From: Salpingoeca rosetta
Lineage: Eukaryota; Protista; Choanoflagellata
DNA length: 64,000 bases
Direction of reading: 5' to 3'
Assembly (NCBI GenBank): GCA_033442325.1
Contig: JAWQFM010000019.1
Location: 1,150,188-1,214,187, forward strand
Below are positions 62,992 through 64,000 of the stretch, piece by piece (within the stretch, counting starts at the first letter, position 1; every line of letters starts with the position of its first letter). The position numbers and the translations under genes were made by a program. The notes under the pieces were generated by a model, which worked only from the letters and a program-made list of their open reading frames with translations, searched no databases and was not told the origin of the DNA.

Positions 62992-63823
62992 AAGGCTCGC
63001 TGGATGACACTGGATCTCAGCACACCGAGGCATGGCGCAGCAGCATGCAAGAGTCTCCAACTGACAGCAATCTCAAACACACACACACACACACATACAC
63101 ACGCGCACACACGCGCACACACGCGCACACACACTCGTGCACGACAACAAGCATCATTCACTTACGGTGCAGGACCCCAGGCATTTGAAGGGCAGCAATA
63201 GAGCGAACACACTGGGACTTGCGGCATAGCGCCTTTGGCTGCGGTAGTCAATGCCCACAGTGAGGACTGGCAATCGTACAACCAACTTCAACTCATCACA
63301 CGTCACCGCACATGCTCAGGAACAGCCGCTTTCAGCGCGTGCGCATTCCTGTGTCCACATCCACATCCACACACGTCTACGCCCGTCCCTCCCGGCCACC
63401 GCCACCTTCACAGCAACACGTACGTCCAAGCAGGTGTCGCATGTCGTTTGCTTGAAGGCAAGAAACGTTGCGTTCGCGTGCAGCCCTTTCTGGTTCCTGT
63501 GGGGGAGCAGGAGCAACGGCGAAAGAAACACTGAGTAGGGAGTCCATGCACGCTGTTCACGATCAATATCGGGCGGTCTCAATGCTCATGGACGCCTCTG
63601 TGTTGAGAACACAGCATCCTTTCCATCCAGTGCCAATGTTCCGCTTCCAAACTGATACCCACCGCCACCGCTACATTCAGGCGTGAGCCCAACAGAGCGC
63701 ATGAGCAGGACCCGACAAGCACGCAAAGGCACGCGTGTTCAGCTTGCTTACCGAAATGCGTGTGCTCCCGTGAATGTGCGGCAGGCGTAGTTGTACACCG
63801 TTGCGGTAAACGACGTGCCTGTC
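61142..63823 (-). CDS. Putative carbohydrate sulfotransferase (Sulfotransfer_2/HS-6-O-ST-like); 5' end lies beyond the right edge
   Basis: Exon starting at 63823 reads xTGTSFTATVYNYAC (5'-PSB-like). 3'-PB motif GLFRDPRRRLLSAFNY at ~62695-62742. Also GCQVKHLIG, FAFLGITDDYDTSVCLFH and DWLLY. Middle exon boundaries were not fully resolved. Confidence 0.75.
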
Positions 63824-63867
63824 CTGCGCAATGGCAAGGGAGTGCATGTAAATGTGAATGCGCACGC

Positions 63868-64000
<133 letters not shown>

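Overview
Eukaryotic, intron-rich genomic DNA with GT-AG introns (donors mostly GTGCG/GTACG/GTGAG/GTAAG) packed with (GT/CA)n and trinucleotide microsatellites, plus one 100-N assembly gap. Gene content and style (tyrosine-kinase-like + PDZ gene, NEK6/7, animal-like GSK3) suggest a unicellular holozoan, probably a choanoflagellate such as Salpingoeca; this is inference. Most ORF-track entries are microsatellite artefacts, so genes were rebuilt by hand from exons with compatible splice phases. Left to right: MCTP with four C2 domains (-, partial); a 4-exon orphan (-); a tyrosine-pseudokinase with ten GYVDDP repeats, polyQ and PDZ (-); GSK3 (+); a small secreted Cys protein (-); Brahma/SNF2 ATPase (+); a Cys-rich cytochrome b5 protein (-); NEK6/7 (-); an LtrA-like membrane protein (+); PINX1 (-); Polo kinase (+); RPL18A (+); a sulfotransferase (-, partial). 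No CRISPR array, tRNA, rRNA or recognisable transposon was seen. Most notable: the pseudokinase phosphotyrosine scaffold, a recurrent G/T-rich-then-C/A-rich complementary intron layout, an E2F/CDE-CHR cassette upstream of Polo, the duplicated C2 domain, and an atypical Brahma bromodomain.
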